Below are positions 52,745 through 64,000 of a stretch of DNA of 64,000 nt, piece by piece (position 1 is the first letter of the stretch; the number at the start of each line of letters is the position of its first letter). The notes under the pieces were generated by a model. That model saw only the letters and a program-made list of their open reading frames with translations, was not told the origin of the DNA and did no database searches. This DNA is from Paraspadella gotoi (Eukaryota > Animalia > Chaetognatha): the NCBI GenBank assembly GCA_051294375.1, contig CM119267.1:23646257-23710256 (forward strand), in the 5' to 3' direction. The position numbers were made by a program, and so were the translations under genes.

Positions 52745-52865
52745 TGATGCTTCAAGTCAGCTGATTCTCTTATCACGCGATCCTTCAAGTCAGCTGATCC
52801 TCTTATCACGTGATCCTTCAAATCAGCTGATCCTCTTATCGTGTCTTTTTCCTAATCACGTGACC
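52745..52865. repeat. 33-bp tandem repeat x3
   Basis: GATCCTTCAAGTCAGCTGATCCTCTTATCACGT units. Confidence 0.85.
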
Positions 52866-54181
52866 GATCTAACGAGGTCTACGAAGAAAAACAGTTTTTT
52901 CCCAGTTTTATCTTTTGTGGTTTTTAAGACTTAAAAAGTATAACGTCGCCAAAACGATGTCATCAGTTATAAAGAGTAATAGCGTCGCCCAAACGATGTC
53001 ATCAGTTGTTACTATCATCAGCACAATTACTGTTGTTTACAATCACTGTGGCCGTTTCAGTTGCTTGGCTTCTTTGTTTCACAAATAAAACTTACTCTAC
53101 AGAGCACACTTCTTTTTTATTTTCTCTCATTTTTTTTAAAGTACATTGTTTTCTATCTACTTTTTTTTCCATTTTCTTTGGCCATTTAGTATTACTTCTT
53201 TTCTACGAACTCCTCCATGTATTTTAATTTTATTTTCTCTTTACCGACGTTGTCATATTCGCACCGAATTATTTCCCGTCAGTGTTTAATCTCATTTATG
53301 AGCAGTAAACACTTTTTTCCCCATCTTTCTTAATATATTCTTTTTTTTCACCAATTCCATGTTTATCCTACGCAGTTCAAATTAGAAAATCAGCAAAGGT
53401 TGTTTTTTTTTATCCACGGAGTTTCCAAAGTTTTAAAGCCTACTCCAGCGTTCAGCTCTTATAAATTAAAAAACCTTCTTCCCGCTCCTACGGAATGGAA
53501 AAGGTGCACGGCTCCTGCAAACTCGAGTCCGCCCGGGACTCATTCGTCCTCGTTCTGAGGTCATCACCCGTCCGTCTATCCTCTTTCACCTTCTCGCTTC
53601 CTCTATTACTCTTTCTTTCTTTCTTTCTTCTTTCTTTCCTTCTTTTTTCTTTCTTTCTTTTTCTTTCTTTTTCTTCTTTTGTATTTTCCGTTTCTTTCCA
53701 ATTTCTTTCTCACTTTTTCTTTTCTCTCTTTGGGTTTTCTAACTTCATCTCATTTTCTTTTTTTTCTTTTTTTCCCTTTACTTTCACTTCTTGCTTTCTT
53801 TATTACCATTTTTTTTCCTTTTTTTTTTCTTCTTTTTTTGTATTCTATTACCATTTTTCTGATTTTATTTTTTTTCATTTTTTTCTTTTCTTTTTTTTTG
53901 TTTTCTTTATTACCATTTTTTCTTTCCTTCTTCTTTTACCTTTTACCTTTTCATCCCTCTTTCCTCCTTTCCTCCCCTCCCTTTTCCCTCCTCCTCCTCC
54001 TTCCTCCCCCTCCTCCTCGTCCATTCTCGTCCAGAGGTCGTCCCCGCGGGGCGACGACCGCGAGAGTCGATGGGACCGAAACGAGACCCGGATGTCGTAA
54101 GAGAAAAGAGAAATCTCCATCTCTATCCCCCGGATGTAATAGAAAGTCGTTTAAAAGACAAGTAGTTTCCTCTCTCTCTCA

Positions 54182-54214
<33 letters not shown>

Positions 54215-54392
54215 GTCTCTTCTCTCTCTCTCTCTTCTCTCTCCTCTTGACCAGCGCGCCCTGATGTCACGGAACCCGAAAGACGTGAAACACGTTATTT
54301 CCTCTCTCTCTTTCTTCTCCCTTCTCTCACTCTCTCCTCTCCTTCTCTCTCTCCCGTCGTTCTCTCATCTCTCTCCCTCGTCGATCTCTCTC

Positions 54393-54423
<31 letters not shown>

Positions 54424-54851
54424 GTTCTCTTTTCTCTTCTCTTACTGCATCCTTCTTAATTTTACCTCATTCAAACAAGTTGAAAGGCTTAAAATAGGAA
54501 GTAAAGTCGCCACATTAGGGAATAAAGGAATTTCATTTTTTTTAACCTCATTTCAATTTTTTCACTTTGAATTTCCATATAATTGGTTTTACTTTTTTGT
54601 GAAAGAGAAAAAAAAAGAAAGAGTGAATTTGACGTAATGTAATAATTTTTTTGAAGAAAAGCAAAAGGCGACCAAAGAGAGAATTAAGATAATAAAGTTT
54701 CTACTCTCGGAAAATGCAAGATGTTTTCTTATTACTTTACGCTATAATTGTATGTAACTTAATTCTGCTCGTATTTAATTTTAAGGTCGATGTAACTCTA
54801 AAAAATGTAAAATTATAAAAATAAAAAGTTATGTTTAAATGTAGTTTTTTT

Positions 54852-57800
54852 NNNNNNNNNNNNNNNNNNNNNNNNNNNNNNNNNNNNNNNNNNNNNNNNN
54901 NNNNNNNNNNNNNNNNNNNNNNNNNNNNNNNNNNNNNNNNNNNNNNNNNNNNNNNNNNNNNNNNNNNNNNNNNNNNNNNNNNNNNNNNNNNNNNNNNNNN
55001 NNNNNNNNNNNNNNNNNNNNNNNNNNNNNNNNNNNNNNNNNNNNNTCTCTCTCACTCGCATAGAGTGAAATCAATATTCAATAATTTTTCCGTTTATTCG
55101 ATTAAAAATATGAAAGGCGATATTCTTTCTGTCCATCTCTGTCTCTATCCGCTTTCCTCTCTATCTCTATCTCTTTCCTTTCTCGCTTTCTTTTCTTTTA
55201 ACTTCTTCTTCACTTTTGCTCCTTTGTTTTAGTCTTGTGTTGTTGTTGTTGTTGTCGTTCGAATATTGGATAAACAAATAAATCTCTTTTCATTTGTTTA
55301 GTTTGAAAACCTTGTTGACTTAACTCGATATCTCGTTGAGCCAATTTTTAAAACTGTCACCGTCCATTTAAAATAATATAGAATTTCAAAATATAAATAA
55401 TGCGGCAAAGTAAAATATTGTAACCTGTAAGAGGCATTTTAGGCCTTAACCCACCATAGGTTGTCCACTGGACAATGTCCAGTGTGAAAAGTCTGGAGCA
55501 AGATAGCTTATTTATTTAATGAACGATTTATTTTATAACGAAAGTACTAATTTCATACTTATCTTCGAAATACCAAATTATTCCAAAGTGATTTTAACAG
55601 CTATGATTTTAAAGTTATAACCTAGAATTCTTTATTTGTTTTTTTTATTGAAATTAATAGTTCCGCTATTATGTTTTTTTATTAAGAACAAAAACAAAGA
55701 AAGGAAACAACAACAACAACAAGAACACTATGGCGCCGACGTTCGCCTAATTACGTTTACAGGGAAAAATTAAACCGGGAATGAAAATGCGACNNNNNNN
55801 NNNNNNNNNNNNNNNNNNNNNNNNNNNNNNNNNNNNNNNNNNNNNNNNNNNNNNNNNNNNNNNNNNNNNNNNNNNNNNNNNNNNNNNNNNNNNNNNNNNN
55901 NNNNNNNNNNNNNNNNNNNNNNNNNNNNNNNNNNNNNNNNNNNNNNNNNNNNNNNNNNNNNNNNNNNNNNNNNNNNNNNNNNNNNNNNNNNNNNNNNNNN
56001 NNNNNNNNNACGGACTTGAAATGGACTTCCTCAGGGCTTGATTGGAACCACATCCGGGTTTGTTGGGCCTCATACGGGTTTCATATTGACCTGATTATGG
56101 TTTCATAAGGACCACATCTGTATTTGATCTGGATTCTTACGAGTTTTATTTGCTGTTTGTCTCTGGGGTTTGAAATATTGACTATTTTGATAGCAGTTTT
56201 AATAAATATGTATAGCTATATTAACCATGTCCAAGCTTTACACGGACTTGAATTTGACTTGACGAGGGCTTCATCCGGGTTTGGTTCTAGCAACGAAGGG
56301 ATTAAATTGCTCCCCGCTATTTTCCAGAGACAAGAAAGGAATTTCTGTCTCGCACGACACCTGGACGAAAGAGTAGGGGAGAAGGAGATGCCGGTAGTGA
56401 TTGTCCACAGGATTTGTGGGTGAGTCATTGTGGGGACTCCCCACTGGGGAAGGTCAAAGTGATGAACTGGGTGATTCATTAAAAAAGTCAGGTACATATG
56501 AAGAATGAAGAGGTGACCTTAAATCTTTTTGAAGAATCTTTAATTATAATACTTCTTCCGAATTAAAAAATAAAAATATTTCTAGTATTGATAAAATTAA
56601 GTGGCCAAATTGGCGATTTATTGCGCCTTTTCAAATATAAATTTTGTTCATAACTTTGTAATATATAATACAAATATCAGCTGAATGAGCCTGTACAAGT
56701 ATAAACAAATTTATAAAGATTTTCTTTTTCCATTTCTGTTGCAGCTTACGACGAGAAAAATATCGAGCAATTTCCTTAATTGTACTAAATGCAAATGACT
56801 GAGTCGAAAACAAAAAGAAAAAAAANNNNNNNNNNNNNNNNNNNNNNNNNNNNNNNNNNNNNNNNNNNNNNNNNNNNNNNNNNNNNNNNNNNNNNNNNNN
56901 NNNNNNNNNNNNNNNNNNNNNNNNNNNNNNNNNNNNNNNNNNNNNNNNNNNNNNNNNNNNNNNNNNNNNNNNNNNNNNNNNNNNNNNNNNNNNNNNNNNN
57001 NNNNNNNNNNNNNNNNNNNNNNNNNNNNNNNNNNNNNNNAATTGTCGGTAAAAGAGAAAGCCGAAATGGGCTACAGGGGAAGGACTTGGGTAAGTCTTGC
57101 GGCAAATGAGGCGAAGGTGGGGGGNNNNNNNNNNNNNNNNNNNNNNNNNNNNNNNNNNNNNNNNNNNNNNNNNNNNNNNNNNNNNNNNNNNNNNNNNNNN
57201 NNNNNNNNNNNNNNNNNNNNNNNNNNNNNNNNNNNNNNNNNNNNNNNNNNNNNNNNNNNNNNNNNNNNNNNNNNNNNNNNNNNNNNNNNNNNNNNNNNNN
57301 NNNNNNNNNNNNNNNNNNNNNNNNNNNNNNNNNNNNNNNNNNNNNNNNNNNNGAGGAGGAGGAGGAGGAGGAGGTAAGAGGGTGAGGGGAGGACAAAGAT
57401 AAGGAAGAGATGAGGGAAGAGAGCGAGAGAGGTAGGAAGGATAATTGGATTGAAAGAGGGAGAGGGGGAGAGAGGAAGCAAAATGAAAGGTTAACTCGAT
57501 GCACCGCGGTCACTGGTGAGTCGATGAGTTAACTGAACGAGTTTGTGGAGGAAGAGACGAAAAATTGAATAAAAAAAAAAAAAGAATTGGGTGAGAAAAT
57601 GAGATTGAAAGAAAAATGAAAAATGATGTGGGTAAAAATGTGGAAAGTTAAGCAGTGGTCAGTGAGAACTTGTGGTTGTAGCGTAGCGAGAAGTTAAATG
57701 GGTAAAAGTTGAACCGTTGTAAAATTTAGCTCAAGTAGTTGTGGTATATCCTCTCTTTCTTTGTTTTTGAGGCAATTACAAAGAAACAGTGTTTTTATTT

Positions 57801-58136
57801 ATTACAAATCATCGTTGTAATAAATAAAAACTCTGTTTCTTTGTAATAGCTTTAGTAGTTAAAAATTAAAGATAGTTGCTTTGATATTTGGGTGATGTGA
57901 AAAGAATTGACATTATTCCCCTAGGATTATCACAAGGTCGAGTGAAAACGGTGAAAGTAATTTTTGAGACAATATCAGCCTATCACTTTTCGTAAAAATT
58001 ATTTGTGAAAACTATGAAGAAATAAAAAACAGAAGAAAAAGAAAAAATAAAGTAAAAATTAAAAAAAAAGATGAAGTAAAGTTAAAAAAAACAAAAACAA
58101 AACTCTCAAAGGAGTTGATTTAAAATAGGGGATTAT

Positions 58137-58174
<38 letters not shown>

Positions 58175-58988
58175 AGTGATACTTTGGGACATATATGAGT
58201 TTGATTTTGATATGAAAATGGAGTCAAAGACAAANNNNNNNNNNNNNNNNNNNNNNNNNNNNNNNNNNNNNNNNNNNNNNNNNNNNNNNNNNNNNNNNNN
58301 NNNNNNNNNNNNNNNNNNNNNNNNNNNNNNNNNNNNNNNNNNNNNNNNNNNNNNNNNNNNNNNNNNNNNNNNNNNNNNNNNNNNNNNNNNNNNNNNNNNN
58401 NNNNNNNNNNNNNNNNNNNNNNNNNNNNAACATTACAGATTTAGGATAGAATGAGTTTAATCTAGGAGATTAATAGAGGGAGATTTAGTTAAGAGGACAC
58501 TTTAATTATTAGGACAGTCTGAGCATACAGGGTAGCTTTAGTTAAAACGAGGCTCTCTCAGTTAATAAAATCGACGCCGATGATTTTTTTTCCACAATTT
58601 TTGTTTTCCAATAGATTATTGGAATAAACGATGAGGAAAAAATCGCGCGGGAAAATTCAAAATTAGTTTATCCCGAAACAAAAAAAAATAAACAAAAGAG
58701 TAACGCGTTTTAATTAATAAAAAGTTTTTCTTTTTTTATAAATTTTCTTTTTTGATGAAAGGATGGACTGATTTTTTGAGCAGTTTTCTTTATCTCTTTT
58801 TTTTNNNNNNNNNNNNNNNNNNNNNNNNNNNNNNNNNNNNNNNNNNNNNNNNNNNNNNNNNNNNNNNNNNNNNNNNNNNNNNNNNNNNNNNNNNNNNNNN
58901 NNNNNNNNNNNNNNNNNNNNNNNNNNNNNNNNNNNNNNNNNNNNNNNNNNNNNNNNNNNNNNNNNNNNNNNNNNNNNNNNNNNNNNNN
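54852..58988. other. Gap-rich scaffold region (six N runs of ~180-230 nt)
   Basis: N runs at 54852-55045, 55794-56009, 56826-57039, 57125-57352, 58235-58428, 58805-58988. Other gaps at 26005-26198, and 25-N gaps at 27796, 45473, 62404. Confidence 0.99.
57775..57847. repeat. Near-perfect 73-bp palindrome
   Basis: 33-bp arms ATTACAAAGAAACAGTGTTTTTATTTATTACAA / TTGTAATAAATAAAAACTCTGTTTCTTTGTAAT with one mismatch and a 7-nt loop. Confidence 0.9.
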
Positions 58989-59854
58989 TATCTTTTTTTT
59001 TCCGCGAGAGAGAGAGAAAATTTTGTTACTCTGATGCAAATTTCTTGCCATTTTTGAGCCTCAACATGAGGAGGGGGGATTAAGCCTGACAAACTTGACG
59101 AGATAAAGGAGGAGGAGGAAGGGGAGGAAGAGGAAGAGGAAGAGGAGATGGAAGCAGAGAAGGAAGGAGGAGGAAGAAGGGGTAGAGGAAGGAAAGGAGA
59201 AGGATTGGTTTGACCTCAGCAGCCGCAAGAGCCGCAGCAGTGGCAGGAGGCGCAGCAGCAGTAAATGCAGCTGCTGAATGCAACGCGGCAGTCGCGGCTG
59301 TAATAACCGCAGCCACCGCAAAGGCTGCAGCAGCGTGATCACTTCACAACGCCCTTACCCTTCACCCACGACCGACCCACGATTGCGGAGTGAATCTAAA
59401 AGGAAAAGACAGAGAGAGAGTGAGAAAGAAGGAATGAAAGAAAGGCAAAGAAAGAAATAAGAAAGAATCTGAGAATAAAGTAAAGAAAAAAAAGGAGTGA
59501 AGAAAAGGAAGGAAAAGTTATGATAAAGAAGAAAAAAAGAAAAGAAATGGAAACAAGAAAAGTGATGATGAAAAAAAAAGAAATGGAGGAAAGAAAAAAA
59601 AGAAAAGAAAAAGACAAGGAGGAAAGAAAAGAGAAAACCACCTTCAAGTTCAAAGTGTTGCGCCGCAGTCACTTTTTTATATATGTTATATAGTATATGA
59701 GTAAATACCATATTTGTACATTGTACGTACAAATATAAAGCACACATGTATTAATTATCTCATGACAAACAAGCTTTTTTACAAAGTTTTATTCAAAATA
59801 ATTTTATTTTACCCGAGTAAAGAACATTTGAAATAAAATTGCAACGGGTTAATA

Positions 59855-59926
59855 AACAGAGAGACGGACTGACCGACCAAAAAGTGACTTATAGAGTTAC
59901 TTACGCGAGTACTCGCGACGTAACTG
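59855..59926. mobile_element. Helentron/HINE-like terminus
   Basis: GACN microsatellite, AAAAAGTGACTTATAG, then hairpin AGTTAC..CGCGAGTACTCGCG..GTAACT. Another (GTCC)n fragment at ~63485-63545. Confidence 0.55.
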
Positions 59927-60105
59927 GAAAAAAAGCAAAAAGAATGAGTCGTTTGGAATTTGGAAGGAAAAAAAGAATTAGTTTTTTCAGTTATGATCAG
60001 AAAATGTGGAAGAGAAAAGAAAAGAGAGAATAGACCGGAGTTAATCGCACAGGCCGCTTGGGGAAAGAGAGAGAGAGAGAAGAGAGATGAGAGAGACGAG
60101 GAGAC

Positions 60106-60141
<36 letters not shown>

Positions 60142-60374
60142 CGGAACTCGAGAGTGGGGACGCTCACTCGGGACTTCAGAAGCCACCGACGCCAGGGGAT
60201 GGAGTCGGGATAATCGGAGTGGTGAGGTGGTGAGGTGGTAAGGTCTGTGAGAGGATTGGAAGAGTGAGGAATTAGAAAATAGGAGGAGGAGGAGGAAAAG
60301 TTATGGTGATGGGGCGATAAAAGGAGATGATGTCGCGAAACTGATATCGCGAAGGACGATAGGAAAAACTGAGG

Positions 60375-60830
60375 CGATGGGGCTGGAGAATTCGGGACGT
60401 TGGGAGAACGTTGTGATTGAGTGGGAGAATGGCAGAGTGAGAATGAGGGGATGCCGTCGCCATTGGGTGGAAGAATAAAAAGAGTGAGGGAACGTGACAA
60501 TTGAGTGGGAGAACTTGGTTCCGAGTGATTGACAAGGAGAACGGACTTATGCAGTAGCAGAAAATGATGTTTATGATGAAGAATTCGAAAAAAAAGATCA
60601 TTGAGTGGGAGAACATGGAAGTGAAGTGGGAAAAGTGGTAATGAAGTGACGGAAGGGAAGAACGATGCGATGGAGTGGGAGAATGCGGTGTGAGAGCTGG
60701 AGAATTGGGGGATGGGAAAGAAGAACAAGGTGATGAAGTGGAAGAACATCAACCGTTGATGGAGTTTTTTGTAAGAGGAAGAACATCAATGATGCGATGG
60801 GATTCTCTGATGGAGTGGAAGAACATAAAA
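60375..60830. repeat. Decayed repeat with recurring GAGTGGGAGAA motif
   Basis: About eight irregularly spaced GATKGAGTGGRAGAAY units. Confidence 0.55.
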
Positions 60831-62126
60831 GTAACGAAGGCCTCGTTTGATTAAAGGAAAGAATCACATGAAAAGTCACGTGACGAATTGAATGTGAATC
60901 AAATAAATGTGAATCGCGGATTGAAAGCGATTTTGTTTTTGTTTGGAGAAAGTGAGAAAGAGGTGTGAGAGAAGTGAGAGAGAAGTGTGATAATCTTTGT
61001 GAAATCTTTAAAATCACTCAAATATTTTAAAATTATGAAACTTTTATATCTCAAAGACATTTTAATTGTCTAATTTTTTTTTTATAAATGTATCCAAAAT
61101 GTTACAAACGGTAAGAATCTCTCAAATCTTTAAATTCTCCTAAATCTTTTAAATCTTTTAAATACTTTAAATCTCTTAAATCATTATAATAGAATAGATA
61201 AAAAAGAAACTTCCTTGATTTCCAATTGCGAACACTTAATTATTTAAGCTTCAATTTAATTGTCTATTCTCAACGTTGTTCTTACTCTTTCTACTCTCAA
61301 CTCCCGTCGCTAATGGCAACTGAGCGGGCGTCCAGAACTCTCTCCATTCAATCTCTTCTTATCGACTTGATCTCGTTTCGAATCTCTTCTCTTCACGAGT
61401 CAACCAAAGTTCGAATCTCCGACACGAGTCCAATTCTTTAAATAAGTGAAGCAAAAAGAAAATTTATGTGAAACCTCATTTACATATTGCAGCATTATGA
61501 ATTCTTTATTCTTACGAGTTTAATGGATTATTTATCACAAAAAATGACGATTCGAAGACCAAGTTTTTTAAAAAAGCCTAATGATACCGGCGCCGGAAAT
61601 TAACGAGTAGATGGATTTGATTGACCAAATGGACGGCCTCTCTTGGTTTTAATTCTGATTGATCAATCAGAGAAGAGCTTTCTCTCAGGAAACCGACGGC
61701 GGGGAAAGAAGAGATGAAAACCGGATCAGTCTTCAACTTGGTTCTGAAAAATTACAGTTCACGTCCTGTTGTTACTCTGTTTAATCTCTATCAATAATAA
61801 TTTAATAATTATTATTATTACGTGTCTAATGTCAATTAATCTTCTTAGATTTCTATGTATTAAACCACGACGCGCATAAATAATTTGAAAATCTGAATTA
61901 ATTTGTACGATATAATTTTGTTTCGAGAATAAAGTTTGAACTAATTTACAAAATTTTTCAAAAAATACAATGACTAAAACGTTTTAACAATTGTGAAAAG
62001 TATGCGCTTGAATCAGAGAAGCGAAGATATCACTCTAAGCACTCAAGACCTTGTTGTTGTTGTTGTCGTCGTCGTCCTTGACGCGTCCAAAGCTAAAGTG
62101 AACGAATTAAGTGTGAAAAAGAGACG

Positions 62127-62180
<54 letters not shown>

Positions 62181-62561
62181 CCATGATGATAAAAATGGCC
62201 CAAAGACCTTGAAAACAACGACAACGAGGCTCCCGACGATGAAGAGAGCCTAGAATTAAAGAAGAGATGGAGACAGAGTCGAAACGAGATGGAGACGAAA
62301 AGAGCTTCAGCGAATGAAGAAGGAGCAGCTTTTGCCAAGGTCAAGTCATATCTGGAAGAATAATTGGCGAGAGAGTGAGAGCGAGAGAGAGAGAGAGAGA
62401 GAGNNNNNNNNNNNNNNNNNNNNNNNNNAAAAGAGAGAGAGAGGAGAGACGAGAGGCGTGACTTTCGTCCCCGTTTTACTTTTTCTTCTGGTGGCTAAAA
62501 TGGAATTCCCTCTATCTCGGAGTCTCCGACTCGCATTGCGCCGCAAGAAGAGCGTCGCTCA

Positions 62562-62598
<37 letters not shown>

Positions 62599-63626
62599 CT
62601 CTCTTCCTCTCTCTTCTCTCTCTCTCTCTCTCATCTCTCACTCTACCTCTCCCGCTCCATCCCTTCCTGACCCATCCGAGCTCTCACCTCGCTCTCGCCG
62701 ATCCTCGTCTCGCTCCCGCCTCATCGCCGCTTCGGCTCACTCTTCTCTCCCGCGCCGATGTCATCCTCCTCTCTTCTCCTCCACGCTCTCTCTGCCAACT
62801 CCCTGCCGGCCTCTCGCCTCGCTGCTCTTGTCACTCAATCCACCCTCCTCTAGCGTCATCCGTCCTCCCTCTCTCTCCTCTTCTCTCTCGTCGCGCGCAA
62901 TTTCCCAGCTCGTTGTCTAGCGACGGCTCGGCGGTTCCTGTTCCGCTTTTTTTTATCCTTCCGCAAAAAATTTAAAAAAAAAAAAAATTTTCAACTTCTG
63001 ACGCAAAAAATTGTGTTTTTTTTACTCCGAAATGAAAAAAATTATAACATTTTAATTAATTTATAAATATAGTGTTAATTTCTGTTTACACGTCATTACA
63101 TTAGCAAACAATGGTAAAATAAACCATGTACTTTTTAAAACAGAGAAAAACCGGTGAAAAAGCAAGAAAGAAAGCTTTTCCAAAAAAACAAAAAAAATTA
63201 AATCAATATTTGAAATAATATTTAGTTTTTATCTTGCCTTTACACCGGATGTCTCCCCGTTATCATAAATACATGTTTGTAATACATTACATATGTATGT
63301 TATATCGCGCTTTTATTTTGCTTTTTTAACTTCGACGTTTTCTCTCCTTTCCGCTTTATAATTTTAAGTTAATTTGTAAATTTTTAGTTAAAGTTAAAGT
63401 TTAAAGACCCATTTTATACAATCATAAAGAAAACTAATTGTATAACACGTATAAAGTGTTACTGGGAGTCCATTCGTTCTGTTCCTCCGTCCGTCCGTCC
63501 GTCCGTGCCCTCCAATCATCCGTCCACTCTCCGATCTGAAATTTCCAAACTACAATCAGACTGGCCGGCCTCGAGTTAGAATTGAGCCGCTATTCGAAAA
63601 GTGTGGGCGAGAGAGAGAAGAGAAGT

Positions 63627-63683
<57 letters not shown>

Positions 63684-64000
63684 AGAGCAGAGAGGGAAAA
63701 GAAGAAGAGAGAGAGAGAGCAGAGAGAGAGCAGAGAGAGTGTCAACGGCGGCTGTGGCTCGCTATGCTACGCTGGCTACGATCCGCTGCTGCGTCTGCAC
63801 GTTTTTCATCATTTTTCCATTTTATTTACGTTACCTTTTATTCCCCGAAGAGCGAACTTACCTGAATTTAGAAAAAAATATTTTTTGAGAAACATGCCTA
63901 TCATCAACTTTTTTTTCCGGGACGGTAACTTTTTTATTCATCCTTATTTTTAAATAACTTACTTAAATTAACTATATTTTTATCCAGTATCCAAATTGAT

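Overview
This is an AT-rich, microsatellite-dense draft assembly from an invertebrate-type eukaryote, with GT-AG spliceosomal introns, several N gaps and patches of noisy sequence. Most listed ORFs are simple-repeat artefacts. Four coding regions are supportable: (1) a 3-exon secreted, probably GPI-anchored protein with two 10-Cys Ly6/three-finger-like domains (6762-7767, +); (2) a 5-exon XK-related scramblase-family gene (23326-18525, -); (3) a 455-aa multi-pass membrane ORF that may continue the XK gene (17141-15774, -); (4) an intronless NACHT NTPase lacking recognisable effector and LRR domains (30065-28053, -). Mobile DNA includes two MITEs, DINE-1/Helentron-type elements, a Penelope-like hairpin with a degenerate hammerhead core, and a 3'-anchored dispersed repeat. 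The most interesting signal is a set of ~210-225 bp elements bounded by TGT...ACA. Six copies or fragments belong to a family carrying a tRNA-Met(CAT)-like module. One element carries a tRNA-Gly(CCC)-like module inside a larger fold-back structure. One has no tRNA but shares that element's 3' end. Together they look like small-RNA-bearing solo LTRs of the Ajax/Cassandra type rather than ordinary SINEs. A separate 350-bp island of dense stems (8840-9192) is an unexplained structured-RNA candidate. All alignments and folds were done by eye; no database searches were run.
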